Positions 43,127-53,638 of a stretch of DNA of 64,000 nt are shown here, one piece after another. The stretch comes from Bdellovibrionota bacterium. GTDB lineage: Bacteria; Bdellovibrionota_C; UBA2361; CAKMMH01. The notes below the pieces were generated by a model that was given only the letters and a program-made list of their open reading frames with translations, made no database searches and was not told the DNA's origin. The stretch is taken from the NCBI GenBank assembly GCA_050952645.1, contig JBMNLI010000007.1, positions 102,433 through 166,432 of the forward strand, in the 5' to 3' direction. Each line of letters begins with the position of its first letter. Position 1 is the stretch's first letter. Made by a program: the position numbers and the translations under genes.

Positions 43127-45025
43127 ATAGGGTAGAGCGAGGGCTATACCCTCTCCCTCCCGTCGCACCGTACGTACGGGTCTCGTATACGGCGCTCCAT
43201 TAATATAATATCAAGTAATACTCAGGTAATACGTCAAAGGGTCGATTAAACCAATTCGTTCCTTTGTTTTACGCCCCAATATTTTAGGGCTTAATGCATA
43301 ATTCACTACGTACCCACGAACTGCGTCTATACCAGCCGAGTCTGCTGTTAGCAACCTTATAGATTTCTTCAATTTCTAAAATTGCAACCAAGCATTCGGT
43401 TCAATTTCTTAAGATTTAGATAGATTCGTCTCGGCAATTTCCACTGTTTAAGTATTATAACCCTCACTTTGTGTCTAAGCCATTGACCATATTTATCTAT
43501 AAAAGTCTTAAGAGTTCCTATCTTATAATAGTTTATCCAACCTTTAATTAACCAGCTTAGCTGTTGAAATTGTCGAACCTAACGTTCGTGCCATTGCCTT
43601 CCGTCTACAAAGAATTTCTCTAGTTTTATCATAGAGTTTTCGTTTGCGATCTTCAGCAGGTTTACATTTCCAAGTTTTATACCCACTCTTCCAGTAGGTA
43701 AAGCCTAAGAAAGTGCTTTCCGTCGGCCTAGAGATTTTACTCTTACTTGAATTAATTTTAAGTCGTAGCTTACGCTCCAACCAACTCGCAACGGACTTCA
43801 TTACTCTATTAGCAGCCTTTTCACTTCTAACAAATATATTACAGTCATCGGCATATCTAACAAACTTAAGTCCTCTTGCTTCCAGTTCCTTGTCGAGCTT
43901 ATCAAGGTATATGTTAGATAATACTGGGGATAATGGACCTCCTTGCGGAACTCCTTTCTCACTTACAGTAAACAATCCATCTTCCATTATACCAGCTCTT
44001 AAGAACTGTCTTATCAATCGTAGTGTCTTCGCATCTTTGATGCGTTCCCTGATTATCGAAATTAATTTGTCGTGATTAACAGTATCAAAATATTTCTCTA
44101 TGTCTAGGTCTATAACCCAATCATAGCCTCTTTTCAAGTACTCAAGAGTTCTATATACTGCTAGATGGCAATTCCTTCTAGGTCTAAAGCCATAGCTACT
44201 ATTACTAAAAATACTTTTCGTATCCGCGTGCTAGTATTTGCGCTACCGCTTGTTGAATTACCCTATCTACTACTGTAGGTATTCCTAAAGGTCTCATCTT
44301 ACCATTAGCTTTAGGTATATACACTCTCTTAACTGGACTCGGCTTATAATTCCCTTCACGTATCTGAGATTTTATCTCTTCTCTGTGAACGGCAAAATAG
44401 TCTTCAAGCTCATCTACTGGCATATCATCTACACCAGATGCACCTTTATTTCGCTTAACAGCCTTTATAGCCTCATCTATATTTTTGTCTGATATAATTA
44501 GTTCAATCAATTCCACCTGTTGCTCCTCCCTCTGTTTGTAAAGCTACTAGAAAACACCCCCTCTATCTTCTGCCCCCACAGGTTACGTTCCTGTTTGTTA
44601 GGCATATCTTCAATTTCGGACTCTTCTAGCCTTGCTTACAGTGATTCACAATATATTAACGTTCAACCCTTCCTTGAGTGGTGTCTCAAGTACTATGGTA
44701 TCAACTGACTTCCAGATATAAGCTTTATATCGCACGTGCATAGCACGCTATCTGGACCTCCCGGGGTAAGGCATAGTTCTTTCACCAGACAACCTCCAGA
44801 TTTACTCGTTTGGTTTTACGTTTGTCTTTAGGGCTTCGGTTTGTAGCGCAACCTCACCCACCATTTAGCCTTGTATCTGGTTTCTGTTCGTAGGCTCCTT
44901 GGTTTTGATCCGCCACTTCCTTCACTCTAAACATTACTGCTTCGAGCTTGTGGCATCACTACACTTGGTGACAACTACCCGTGACGGGACTTTCACCCGC
45001 TAGAACTATGTCGTGCCCGGCACAC
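43127..45025 (-). mobile_element. Group IIC intron, copy 2
   Basis: Reverse complement of 26006-27899 with five single-base insertions. Confidence 0.92.
43211..44516 (-). pseudogene. ltrA: Intron RT/maturase with four +1 frameshifts (possibly sequencing error)
   Basis: Fragments match copy 1; extra bases near 44207, 43571, 43371 and 43313 each lengthen an existing base or run. Confidence 0.8.
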
Positions 45026-45314
45026 GCCCAAAAGAAAATTGACTTTAAAGAAATTTGCATAAAATAAATTACTTTAAATATAGTTGTAATTTTTCTTTAA
45101 ACTATAGATAGTTTTCTATAAAAGCCAATTTTCTTTTAAGCTAACCCCTAAAAACAATTTTTCTAACCCACCTAAAACGTGAAGAACCTAATTTTATTAG
45201 TATTTTTGATTAGTATCTTGCGATGATTTGTAAAGTATTTTAACATTTTCAATGTTTAAAGGTTTATTCGAGGATAAATTCAAAGACGAGTTTAAAGATT
45301 TTTAAGGAGCGTAT

Positions 45315-46960
45315 ATGAGTATAAAAATAGTGTCTACTAAGCCATATTCAGAACAAAAACCTGGAACCGCAGGTTTAAGAAAAAAAACAAAAGTTTTTAT
45401 GCAGGAAAATTATATTGAAAATTTTACGCAGTCGGTTTTAGATGTATTAAAAAATAGAGGTCTAAATTTAAATAATGCTAGCTTTGTTATAGGTGGAGAC
45501 GGGCGCTTCTACTATAAACAAGCCCTAGAAATTATTGCAAAAATCATAGTAGCAAATGGAGCTAAAAAATTATTTATCGCTAAAGACGGGCTTTGCTCTA
45601 GCCCCGCAATATCTACGATTATAAGAAAATATAAATTATCTGGTGGTTTTATCCTTACAGCAAGCCATAACCCTGGGGGCATAGATGATGATTTCGGTGT
45701 TAAATACGAAGTGGAAAACGGGGAGGTGGGGCGCCATCTGAAATTACTGATGCAATATATGAAAATACGAAAATTATAAAAGAATATAAAACTATAGTTT
45801 GCGATAATATAGATATTAGTAAACTTCATAGTCAAAAAATATCTAATACTGAAATAGAAATTATAGATGGCTACATAGATCACGTGAAGCTTTTAGAAAC
45901 TATCTTCGATTTTGAAGCGATAAGACAATTCTTTAAAGATGGATTTACTCTTCGCTTTGATGCAATGAATGCAGTTACGGGCCCTGAGGCTAAATACCTT
46001 TTTGAAGAAGTTTTAGGAGCTAAAAAGGGGTCTGTCGTTAGAGGCGTTCCGATGGAGGATTTCGGGGGAGTTCACCCAGACCCTAATTTATCGTATAATA
46101 AAGAGTTGGTAGACTTTATGTATTCGAGCGAAGCTACGGATTTAGGAGCTGCCTGCGATGGTGATGGCGATAGAAATATGATAGTAGGTAGAAACTTTTT
46201 CGTTAGCCCTGGAGATAGTTTAGCGCTTATCGTAGAAAGAGCCAAAGAATGTATCGAAGGCTTTTCAAGCGGTCTTTTAGGTGTTGCTCGGTCGATGCCG
46301 ACCTCTAGACAAGTAAATAAGGTTGCCGATGCACTAGGAATAAAAACTTACGAGGTTCCAACTGGTTGGAAGTTCTTTGCGAACTTAATGGACGCAAATA
46401 AATGCTCAATTTGCGGAGAAGAAAGCTTCGGGACTAGCTCAGACCATATTCGTGAAAAAGATGGTCTCTGGGCAATCCTTTGCTGGATAAATATTATGGC
46501 AAAAACGGGGCTATCGGTAGAAGAGCTAATGACTTCACTTTGGAAGCGATACGGTAGATATTATTACCAAAGACAGGATTTCGAAAATCTAGATAAAGAT
46601 GTGGCTAATAGAATGTTTGAAAGTGTTAGAGAAAATATGAAAAGTTATATAGGACAAAATTTCGCAGAAAGCACTATAACGGATATCGACGATTTTTGTT
46701 ATAAAGATCCTATCGATGGTAGTATAACTTCTAATCAAGGAATTAGGATAAGTTTAGCAGATGATAGTAGAGTGGTATCTTAGATTATCTGTGCACTGGT
46801 TCATCAGGAGCTACGCTAAGAGTATATTTAGAAAAATATGATGCAAAAGATGTTTTTATCAGACCCTAATAAGAAATTAAAATCTTTAGGACAAGAAGTG
46901 CTAAAAATTTTTAAATATAAAAGAAAGATTTAATTTAACAGAGCCTACCGTAACTACTTA
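45315..46960 (+). pseudogene. pgm: Phosphoglucomutase with several frameshifts (possibly sequencing error)
   Basis: QKPGTAGLRKK, TASHNPGG, DGDGDR, GEESFG, HIREKDG, tail EPTVTT*; frame breaks near 45725 and 46780-46925. Confidence 0.88.
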
Positions 46961-47105
46961 AAACACGCGACTTTCCCTTGCTTTACGTCCGCTATTTTAA
47001 TAATTTATGTAAGTGTTTATTAACTTTTTTAAAAAATTATTTTGAGTAGGCTATAAAGTTAAAATTAAATTTTATACGTAAAACAAGGGAAAGTTCGGTT
47101 TTTAA
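46958..47105. repeat. About 150-bp element with ~30-bp imperfect terminal inverted repeats
   Basis: ACTTTCCCTTGCTTTACGT versus ACGTAAAACAAGGGAAAGT. Confidence 0.55.
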
Positions 47106-47199
47106 GGTTTAATAAGTAAGCCAGCGTCCTAATATTTTTGAACCTACGTATTGAATTAATCCTGCTTTTTTCATTTTTCTTAAATGGTAGCGAGTTCCA

Positions 47200-47632
47200 T
47201 CAATTGTAATATCTAATTTTATCTGCCACTCTTATTGTATAAGAAATCATGATGGTATCTTCAAAATATTTACTAACTTTTTTTTGCTTGTATCCATATA
47301 GGGCCATCAAATCGCTTCGCTTCCATTTTGTTAGTCCCATCAATTTCTCTAATAACTTCAACGTGTGCATTGGGAATAAATTTATTAGGGGTTTCGGCAA
47401 ACATAAGCACTGCAAAATTTTTAGCTCTATAGCTTCCATACGCACTTTCGCTTATAAGTCCCATAGCCTTTGCCATATCAAGCTTCGACATTTCTCTAAT
47501 GTCTTTTTTAGCACCAGTTTTAACTAAATATTCTTTCATATATTCATAGCTTAAATCATCTATTGTAGCAGTATTATTGATGCTAGAACTAAAAGAAAAA
47601 TTAGCAATTTTCTTTATTTCTAAAAGTTGCAT
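47200..47632 (-). pseudogene. Internal fragment of an AlbA_2/RecG-C-type ATP-binding regulator
   Basis: ATIDDLS...KNFAVLMFAETPNKFIPNAHVEV...FDGP; truncated and frameshifted. Confidence 0.6.
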
Positions 47633-47670
47633 AATTTATCTCCATTTTTTTTTACTCTTATTGCACATTT

Positions 47671-47722
47671 TATATTGTCTAGTTATATTGTCTAGTTATA
47701 TTGTCTAGTCATATTGTCTAGA
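47671..47722. repeat. Four 13-bp tandem units
   Basis: TATATTGTCTAGT x3 plus CATATTGTCTAGA. Confidence 0.85.
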
Positions 47723-48030
47723 GCATTTTTTTTACTACAAATTTTATTTATATAAGAAATTTTCTTTAATATAATTCTCGATTGTTTTTTGTGTAAAAAT
47801 TTCAATATGTTAGCTAGTTTGAGCGGTAGTTTATATGGTAGTTTTTAGGGTAGTTTTTTAATTTCCTTTTTTACATTAAACTTACCTTTAAATGCGAAAA
47901 GCAAAAAAACTTTTTTTAAAAACTTCTCTTAAAAAAAATAATTTTCCTAACCGACTTTAAACGAGTAAAGAACTAAAAAAAATCTTTAAAACTAATTTAA
48001 GAATATAAAATCCAAGCGCGCAATGATAAC

Positions 48031-51000
48031 TTATAAAAGCTTATGCGCAATATTTTCTGAAATATTATTATAAGTATTAGTTATACCATCAATCTTAATA
48101 TCGCTAATCTCTATATCGCTTTCACATAGTTCAAAAGTTCTTTTTAAATATGCCCATCTCATTAAAGGAACTATATTTGAGTTATAGCTTAATTTAGATG
48201 CTAAGCTATAACACTTTAAAGCCTTATCCATATTATTTTTACTCTCTTCAAGAACTCCTATAACAAAATATGGATACCACTCGCTTGGATGCTTTTTATT
48301 AAGTCTATATATAGACTCTATCGCCTTAGGTTTCATATAAGGAATTAGTCCTTGACATTTTATTACATCTGAAACTAAATATAAGTCCGCATTATTCAAC
48401 ACGACTTGTAAAAGAGTATCGTTGTAAGCATTATTGATATAAGTTTCCGCTATGCCATCATCTATCACACGATATCTAAAAAGCTTCTCTCTTACTCTCG
48501 TAACTTTTATGCCATAGCGTGACATATTAACCCAAAATTCCCAATCTTCCGAAAATCCTAAGGCAACTTTTTGCCCCTTTGTAAGCGTATAAAAAATACT
48601 CTTAAATATAGCGCTAGATGGAATGGAGTTTTCATACCTTATTCCTTGAGGAGAATAATCGCTAGGAATCCACTCTGATGTTTTATTTCCAAAAAGTTCA
48701 AGATCGCTAAAACAAACGTCTGCATTATCTTTTTCAAGTTGTCTAATACATTTGCTTATATACGAAGCTTGTAAAATATCATCGGCATCAAAGTTCATAA
48801 AATAATCGCCTTTAGCTCTAAAAAATCCGTAATTTCTAGTGTGTGCAACTCCAAGATTATCTTTAGAATATAGCCTTATATTTTTATGCGGATATTTTTT
48901 TATCTCACTTTCTAAAACACTTAAAGAATTATCTGTGCTACCATCATTTACTATGATTAGCTCAACGTTCGGGTAATCTTGCAGCATTACACTTTCTATA
49001 GATTCTTTTAAGTATTTTGCCTTATTGTAAGCTGGCATAATAACTGAAACTAATGGAGCGTCTATCACTTTTATTTCAGTAGTAAATTTAGAGTTCGAGC
49101 TAATACTATTTAATTTCTCTGCTTTCTTTTCTTCGATTAAATAATATAGGTCGCTATAATATTTTTTCTTTTCATTATATAGCAATCCTGTTTTCTCTTT
49201 TGCATTTTGCCCAAGCTCAAATGCTAGTTTTCTATCGTTAAAAAGTTTTAAACAATATTTAGCAAAATCATACTCATCTTTTGCTATAAAACCTTCCTTT
49301 CCACTAGTAATTGGCGCACTTTCCTGTAAGCAATCAAACATCACCACCGGAACTCCATACGCCATGCTTTCTACTACTTTTATTTGTTGCCCAGTCCCCG
49401 ACAAAAGAGGGCTTATTGCAAATGGTGCATTTTTATAAATATCATCTAAATTTTCGACAAAGCCCATAAGCTCAATGCCATCAAACTTTTGATAGTTGAG
49501 TGAAGCTTTACCGAAAACTTTTAATTTAAAATTAGGCTCTTCTTTTAAAATTAAAGGTAGCACTTTTAAAGCAAAAAATAAGTAAGCTTGCGTATTTAAT
49601 GCAGATGGTCCTACTATAAAAATAGGATAGTCTGCATAAGATGAGGTAATATCTTTAGGTTTAAAAATTTGAGGCAAGAAGAAAGCATTTTTATTTTTAC
49701 TCCCCTCGGTTACCATATCTTCTTCCTTTTTAGAAATAGCAAGAGTGATATCGAAAGTATCGTAAACATCGAGTTCTTCTTGATCCATGGTCTTTTTTTG
49801 ATGGTGTATAAAATCTATATCAAGAAAATCATTAAATTTAGATTCTTTAATAATGTTTAGTATATTAGGTTTCCCAAAGCTATTTTTTAAAGCTTCCACC
49901 GCCACATTAGTGTAATCCATTATAGAGTTGCTTATAGTTAATGCATCATTCATATCTATGATATTTACCGAGTTTTTACATAGATTTAAATCTATAACAT
50001 CGGCATCATAAGCATAATTAACGACTACCACATCGGGCTTTATCTCATTGTAAACATCCTTAAAATACGCTTTTAAACTTGGAGCGTAAGTTCGTTTCCA
50101 GCCGATGCCACGCTTGTAGCAATCATCGCTTTTATCTGCTTTATGTATAAAACTTTTTATTCCATAATTTACTAAAAGTTTATTAGGTAAAGTCTCATCA
50201 TTATTTCTCTCATCATATAAGTTCGAGCTTACGTAGTTTACTTCAAATCCAATTTTTTGAAACGCCTGTATTATATCGAAAACTCTTGCTTGGACTCCAG
50301 AACTTATGGGAAGCAATGAAAAGCTAAAATACATTAGTAATTTTTTATTGGCATTAAAGTTTTTTTGAAATATAGGGTCTAGCAATACATTTCTATCTTG
50401 CGTAGGAAGAGCTTGCTCCTTATATTCTAAATGTTTGCTTAGCTCATCTTTCCATTTATTAACAAACCTTTCCTTATTGCGTTTCATATTTTCCGCAAGA
50501 AAGTTATTAGGCATTGAAGCTGAGGTAACATTTCCAAAGTGTTTTAAAATAGAGGTAGGAACGTAATAGACTTTATAGCCTTGTTTTCTTACTTGGAAGC
50601 ATAAATCCGAATCTTCGTAATAAGCAGGGGAGAAAGTCTCTTCGTCAAGCCCTCCCATTTTATCCCAGAGATCTTTTCTAACGCATAAACTTGCGCCAGA
50701 ACAGTAATCGACTTCGCAAACTTGATTTATTTTATAACTATTCGGGTCTTCATATTCTCCAAAGTTTAAAGCCGTTCCATCTCTAAACATAATGCCACCT
50801 GCCTCTTGCGTTCCTCCATCGCCATGCACTAGCTTAGAGCCACACGCTCCAGCATCTGGGGTGGCTTCCATGAAATCGATTAAATTTTCAAGCCATAAAG
50901 GAGGCACGTGCGTATCATTGTTTAAAAGAACGACGTATTTTCCTATTGCTGCTTTAGCTCCTATATTACAAGCTTTTGAAAATCCAAGGTTCTCCTTGTT

Positions 51001-51213
51001 TCTTATATATTTAAATGAGCCCCCGATAGATCGCAAAAAATCCTCTGTTCCATCTGTAGAAGCATTGTCTACTACGATAAGTTCATAATCTGCGTTCTTG
51101 TTATTAAAGTAAATTGGACTAACGTTTCTTACTAGCGTTTCTATACATTCTTTAGTGTATTCTACTTTGTTGTATACTGGTATTACAATTGAAGCTAAGA
51201 TGTTTTTACTCAT
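48031..51213 (-). CDS. Multidomain glycosyltransferase (GT2-GT4-GT2, TPR-like tail)
   Basis: SIVIPVYN..VVDNASTDG..LLNND; GT4-like KVVESMAYGVPVV; second SVIMPAYN..NDGSTD..DADD. Confidence 0.9.
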   Translation of the reverse strand: MSKNILASIVIPVYNKVEYTKECIETLVRNVSPIYFNNKNADYELIVVDNASTDGTEDFLRSIGGSFKYIRNKENLGFSKACNIGAKAAIGKYVVLLNNDTHVPPLWLENLIDFMEATPDAGACGSKLVHGDGGTQEAGGIMFRDGTALNFGEYEDPNSYKINQVCEVDYCSGASLCVRKDLWDKMGGLDEETFSPAYYEDSDLCFQVRKQGYKVYYVPTSILKHFGNVTSASMPNNFLAENMKRNKERFVNKWKDELSKHLEYKEQALPTQDRNVLLDPIFQKNFNANKKLLMYFSFSLLPISSGVQARVFDIIQAFQKIGFEVNYVSSNLYDERNNDETLPNKLLVNYGIKSFIHKADKSDDCYKRGIGWKRTYAPSLKAYFKDVYNEIKPDVVVVNYAYDADVIDLNLCKNSVNIIDMNDALTISNSIMDYTNVAVEALKNSFGKPNILNIIKESKFNDFLDIDFIHHQKKTMDQEELDVYDTFDITLAISKKEEDMVTEGSKNKNAFFLPQIFKPKDITSSYADYPIFIVGPSALNTQAYLFFALKVLPLILKEEPNFKLKVFGKASLNYQKFDGIELMGFVENLDDIYKNAPFAISPLLSGTGQQIKVVESMAYGVPVVMFDCLQESAPITSGKEGFIAKDEYDFAKYCLKLFNDRKLAFELGQNAKEKTGLLYNEKKKYYSDLYYLIEEKKAEKLNSISSNSKFTTEIKVIDAPLVSVIMPAYNKAKYLKESIESVMLQDYPNVELIIVNDGSTDNSLSVLESEIKKYPHKNIRLYSKDNLGVAHTRNYGFFRAKGDYFMNFDADDILQASYISKCIRQLEKDNADVCFSDLELFGNKTSEWIPSDYSPQGIRYENSIPSSAIFKSIFYTLTKGQKVALGFSEDWEFWVNMSRYGIKVTRVREKLFRYRVIDDGIAETYINNAYNDTLLQVVLNNADLYLVSDVIKCQGLIPYMKPKAIESIYRLNKKHPSEWYPYFVIGVLEESKNNMDKALKCYSLASKLSYNSNIVPLMRWAYLKRTFELCESDIEISDIKIDGITNTYNNISENIAHKLL

Positions 51214-51255
51214 AATCTTTTATTCCTAATTTTATTCCTAATATTATAAATATTT

Positions 51256-51342
51256 AATTCTTCACGCGTTTTAAGATGGCTCTTGTGGTGGTGATTCTAA
51301 ATTTAAGAGATTAAAGCTCAATTCTTAAACGCATGAAGAACC
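51256..51342. mobile_element. Short ISL3-like MITE
   Basis: AATTCTTCACGCGTTTTAAGA ... TCTTAAACGCATGAAGAACC with perfect TSD AAATATTT. Confidence 0.8.
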
Positions 51343-51592
51343 AAATATTTTAAATTTACATAGTTTTTGATGGTACATAGGCTAGGTTCGTTGCTTTATT
51401 TCTTTTTTTTAAATACTTTTTTTATACTTTTTATTTTTTTATTTTAAAAAACTTTTTAAGTAATATTGCATCAAATATTTATAGTATAGTTTTAATAGTT
51501 TTTTATAAAAAAACTTTAATAAATTACAGCAAATTGCAAATAGCAAAATTAAAAAGGAAGTTTAAAAAGGAAGTTTAAAAGGAAGATAATCG

Positions 51593-53410
51593 ATGGCAAA
51601 CGAGACACTCTCTTACGAGTTAAAAGCTTACGAGTTAAAAACTTGCGAGTTAAAAAATTCTGGGTTGGAAAATTATAAATACGATGAAAATTATAATTAT
51701 TATGTAAATAGTAAAAATTTTTCATTGCCGTATAGTGATGGAGATGAGACTGAAAAATACGTTTATGAGATCGTTAAAAATGCTAATGATAAATTTGAGT
51801 TTTCAAAAGAACTAAGAAGCGCAATAAAAGATTGGGCATCGTTTTACTATTTTTCTCCGATAAGAAATAATATTTTTAGACCTATAACTAAATATTTAAA
51901 AGGCATCGGGCTTGAAGCTGGCTGTGGCATGGGAGCATTGACTAATTTTTTAGCGAGTAATGCTAAAATGCTATATGCACTAGAAGGGAGCAAAGCTCGT
52001 GCAAAAGTTACGGCAGAGCGTGCAAAAGGTTTGCAAAATGTAAAAGTGCTAGTCGATGATATAATGAATGTAGCGTTAAGAGATTTAGATTTTATAACTC
52101 TTATCGGAGTGCTAGAGTATGCTGGGTGTTTTGCTAAAAATGCTAATCCGTATTTAACTATGCTTAAAACTTTAAAAGCCTCATTAAAAGATGATGGTTT
52201 TTTAATTATAGCTATTGAAAATAAACTTGGACTTAAATATATAGCAGGCGCAAAAGAAGATCACCTAGGAACCGTTTATACGGGTATAGAAGATTGCTAC
52301 AAAGAAGGAACTGCAAAAACTTTTACTAAGCAAGCTTTAATAGCGATGCTAAAAGAAGCAGGATTTGAGGGGTTAGAGTTTTATTATCCGTTCCCAGATT
52401 ACAAACAACCTAAGGTTGTAGTGCATGAAAGAGCACTTGTAAGAGATGATTTTAATGTTTCGCAATTTATTATGCAGGGCATCAAAGAAAGTTTTCCGCA
52501 AGATTTTTCAAATATAAGAAATTTTTCTGAAGAAGCGGTATGGCGTGTGCTTTCAGAAAATAAAAATGTAGGTGATTTTGCTAATTCTTTCTTAATCGTA
52601 GCAACTAAGGAAGCTAAAAATTTTCAAAAATATGTAGATGATGATTTAGCTTTTTCATATTCTGCAGGGCGAGATAAAGAATTTGCAAGTGAGGTTAAGA
52701 TTGTTGCTAACAAAGGAAAACTTATAGTTAAGAGAAGAAATCTTTATCCTAAAGATAGCAAAAATCAGAATTTAATAGTAACTCAAACTTTGCAAACTGA
52801 AGATTATATAGAGGGAAAAAGTTATTTTGAAACTATACTCCCTATTTTAAATACCCCAAATTTTACATTAGACGATATCGCCACTTGGGCTATGCCTTGG
52901 ATAAGTTATTTATCTAATGAGGTAGTAAAAAACAGCGATACGGGAGAACTTCTAGTGTCACAAAAATTTTTAGATTGCACTCCTACAAATTTAATTATTA
53001 GAAAAGATAATAAGATTTATCCTTTTGATTTTGAGTGGCAATGCCAAAATGAATATATTCCTCTTTTATGGGTTATTTTTAGAGGGTTTCAAAACGTTTT
53101 CACAAGTATTACCTCGGTAGCTTTTTCTAAGGAAATTATAGATAAGTCGATTGGAGAAATTATTTGGAATATTATAACTATGCTTGGATTTAATATTAAT
53201 GAAAGTGATGTATCGCTAGTTTATATGCTTGAAAGCCAGCTTCAAACAGACACCATGGGTTTTCTTCAAGATATAAGAGGATACCTTAACAATCCTTTAC
53301 TAGTTAGAAAAAATAAAGAATGGTATGAAACAAAGATAAGCGAGCTTTGCGCAATCATTTACCAATACGATGAAAAGCTTAAAAAATTAGAGCAAGGTCT
53401 GAATGCTTAA
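51593..53410 (+). CDS. Class I SAM methyltransferase with kinase-like region and coiled-coil tail (glycan-associated)
   Basis: LEAGCGMG, LIGVLEY, IAIENKLG, YYPFPDYK, D..PTN...FDFEW. Confidence 0.82.
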   Translation: MANETLSYELKAYELKTCELKNSGLENYKYDENYNYYVNSKNFSLPYSDGDETEKYVYEIVKNANDKFEFSKELRSAIKDWASFYYFSPIRNNIFRPITKYLKGIGLEAGCGMGALTNFLASNAKMLYALEGSKARAKVTAERAKGLQNVKVLVDDIMNVALRDLDFITLIGVLEYAGCFAKNANPYLTMLKTLKASLKDDGFLIIAIENKLGLKYIAGAKEDHLGTVYTGIEDCYKEGTAKTFTKQALIAMLKEAGFEGLEFYYPFPDYKQPKVVVHERALVRDDFNVSQFIMQGIKESFPQDFSNIRNFSEEAVWRVLSENKNVGDFANSFLIVATKEAKNFQKYVDDDLAFSYSAGRDKEFASEVKIVANKGKLIVKRRNLYPKDSKNQNLIVTQTLQTEDYIEGKSYFETILPILNTPNFTLDDIATWAMPWISYLSNEVVKNSDTGELLVSQKFLDCTPTNLIIRKDNKIYPFDFEWQCQNEYIPLLWVIFRGFQNVFTSITSVAFSKEIIDKSIGEIIWNIITMLGFNINESDVSLVYMLESQLQTDTMGFLQDIRGYLNNPLLVRKNKEWYETKISELCAIIYQYDEKLKKLEQGLNA

Positions 53411-53638
53411 AGTTTAGTTATTTTTAGTTGGTATCTTTTAAATGAAACAATTTGTTTAATAATTCCTATAAAATTTTCTATAATAAAAAATAAATAAAGT
53501 GAAACAAACGTAATATACTAGCATCAAAATATTAGTAGTATTGTTTTATGTTTTTTCCTTAAGTTTTAAGTTTTTTTAATTTAAAAAAATTTTAGCTTTA
53601 AGAGAATATGTACAATTTTTTTATATATTTTTTAATTT

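Larger units (their letters stand above)
42507..45188. mobile_element. Composite of three tandem MITE units, the third carrying intron copy 2
   Basis: Outer ends GGCTCTTCA...TGAAGAACC with perfect TSD TAATTTTA (42499-42506 and 45189-45196); about 280-bp unit period. Confidence 0.85.
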
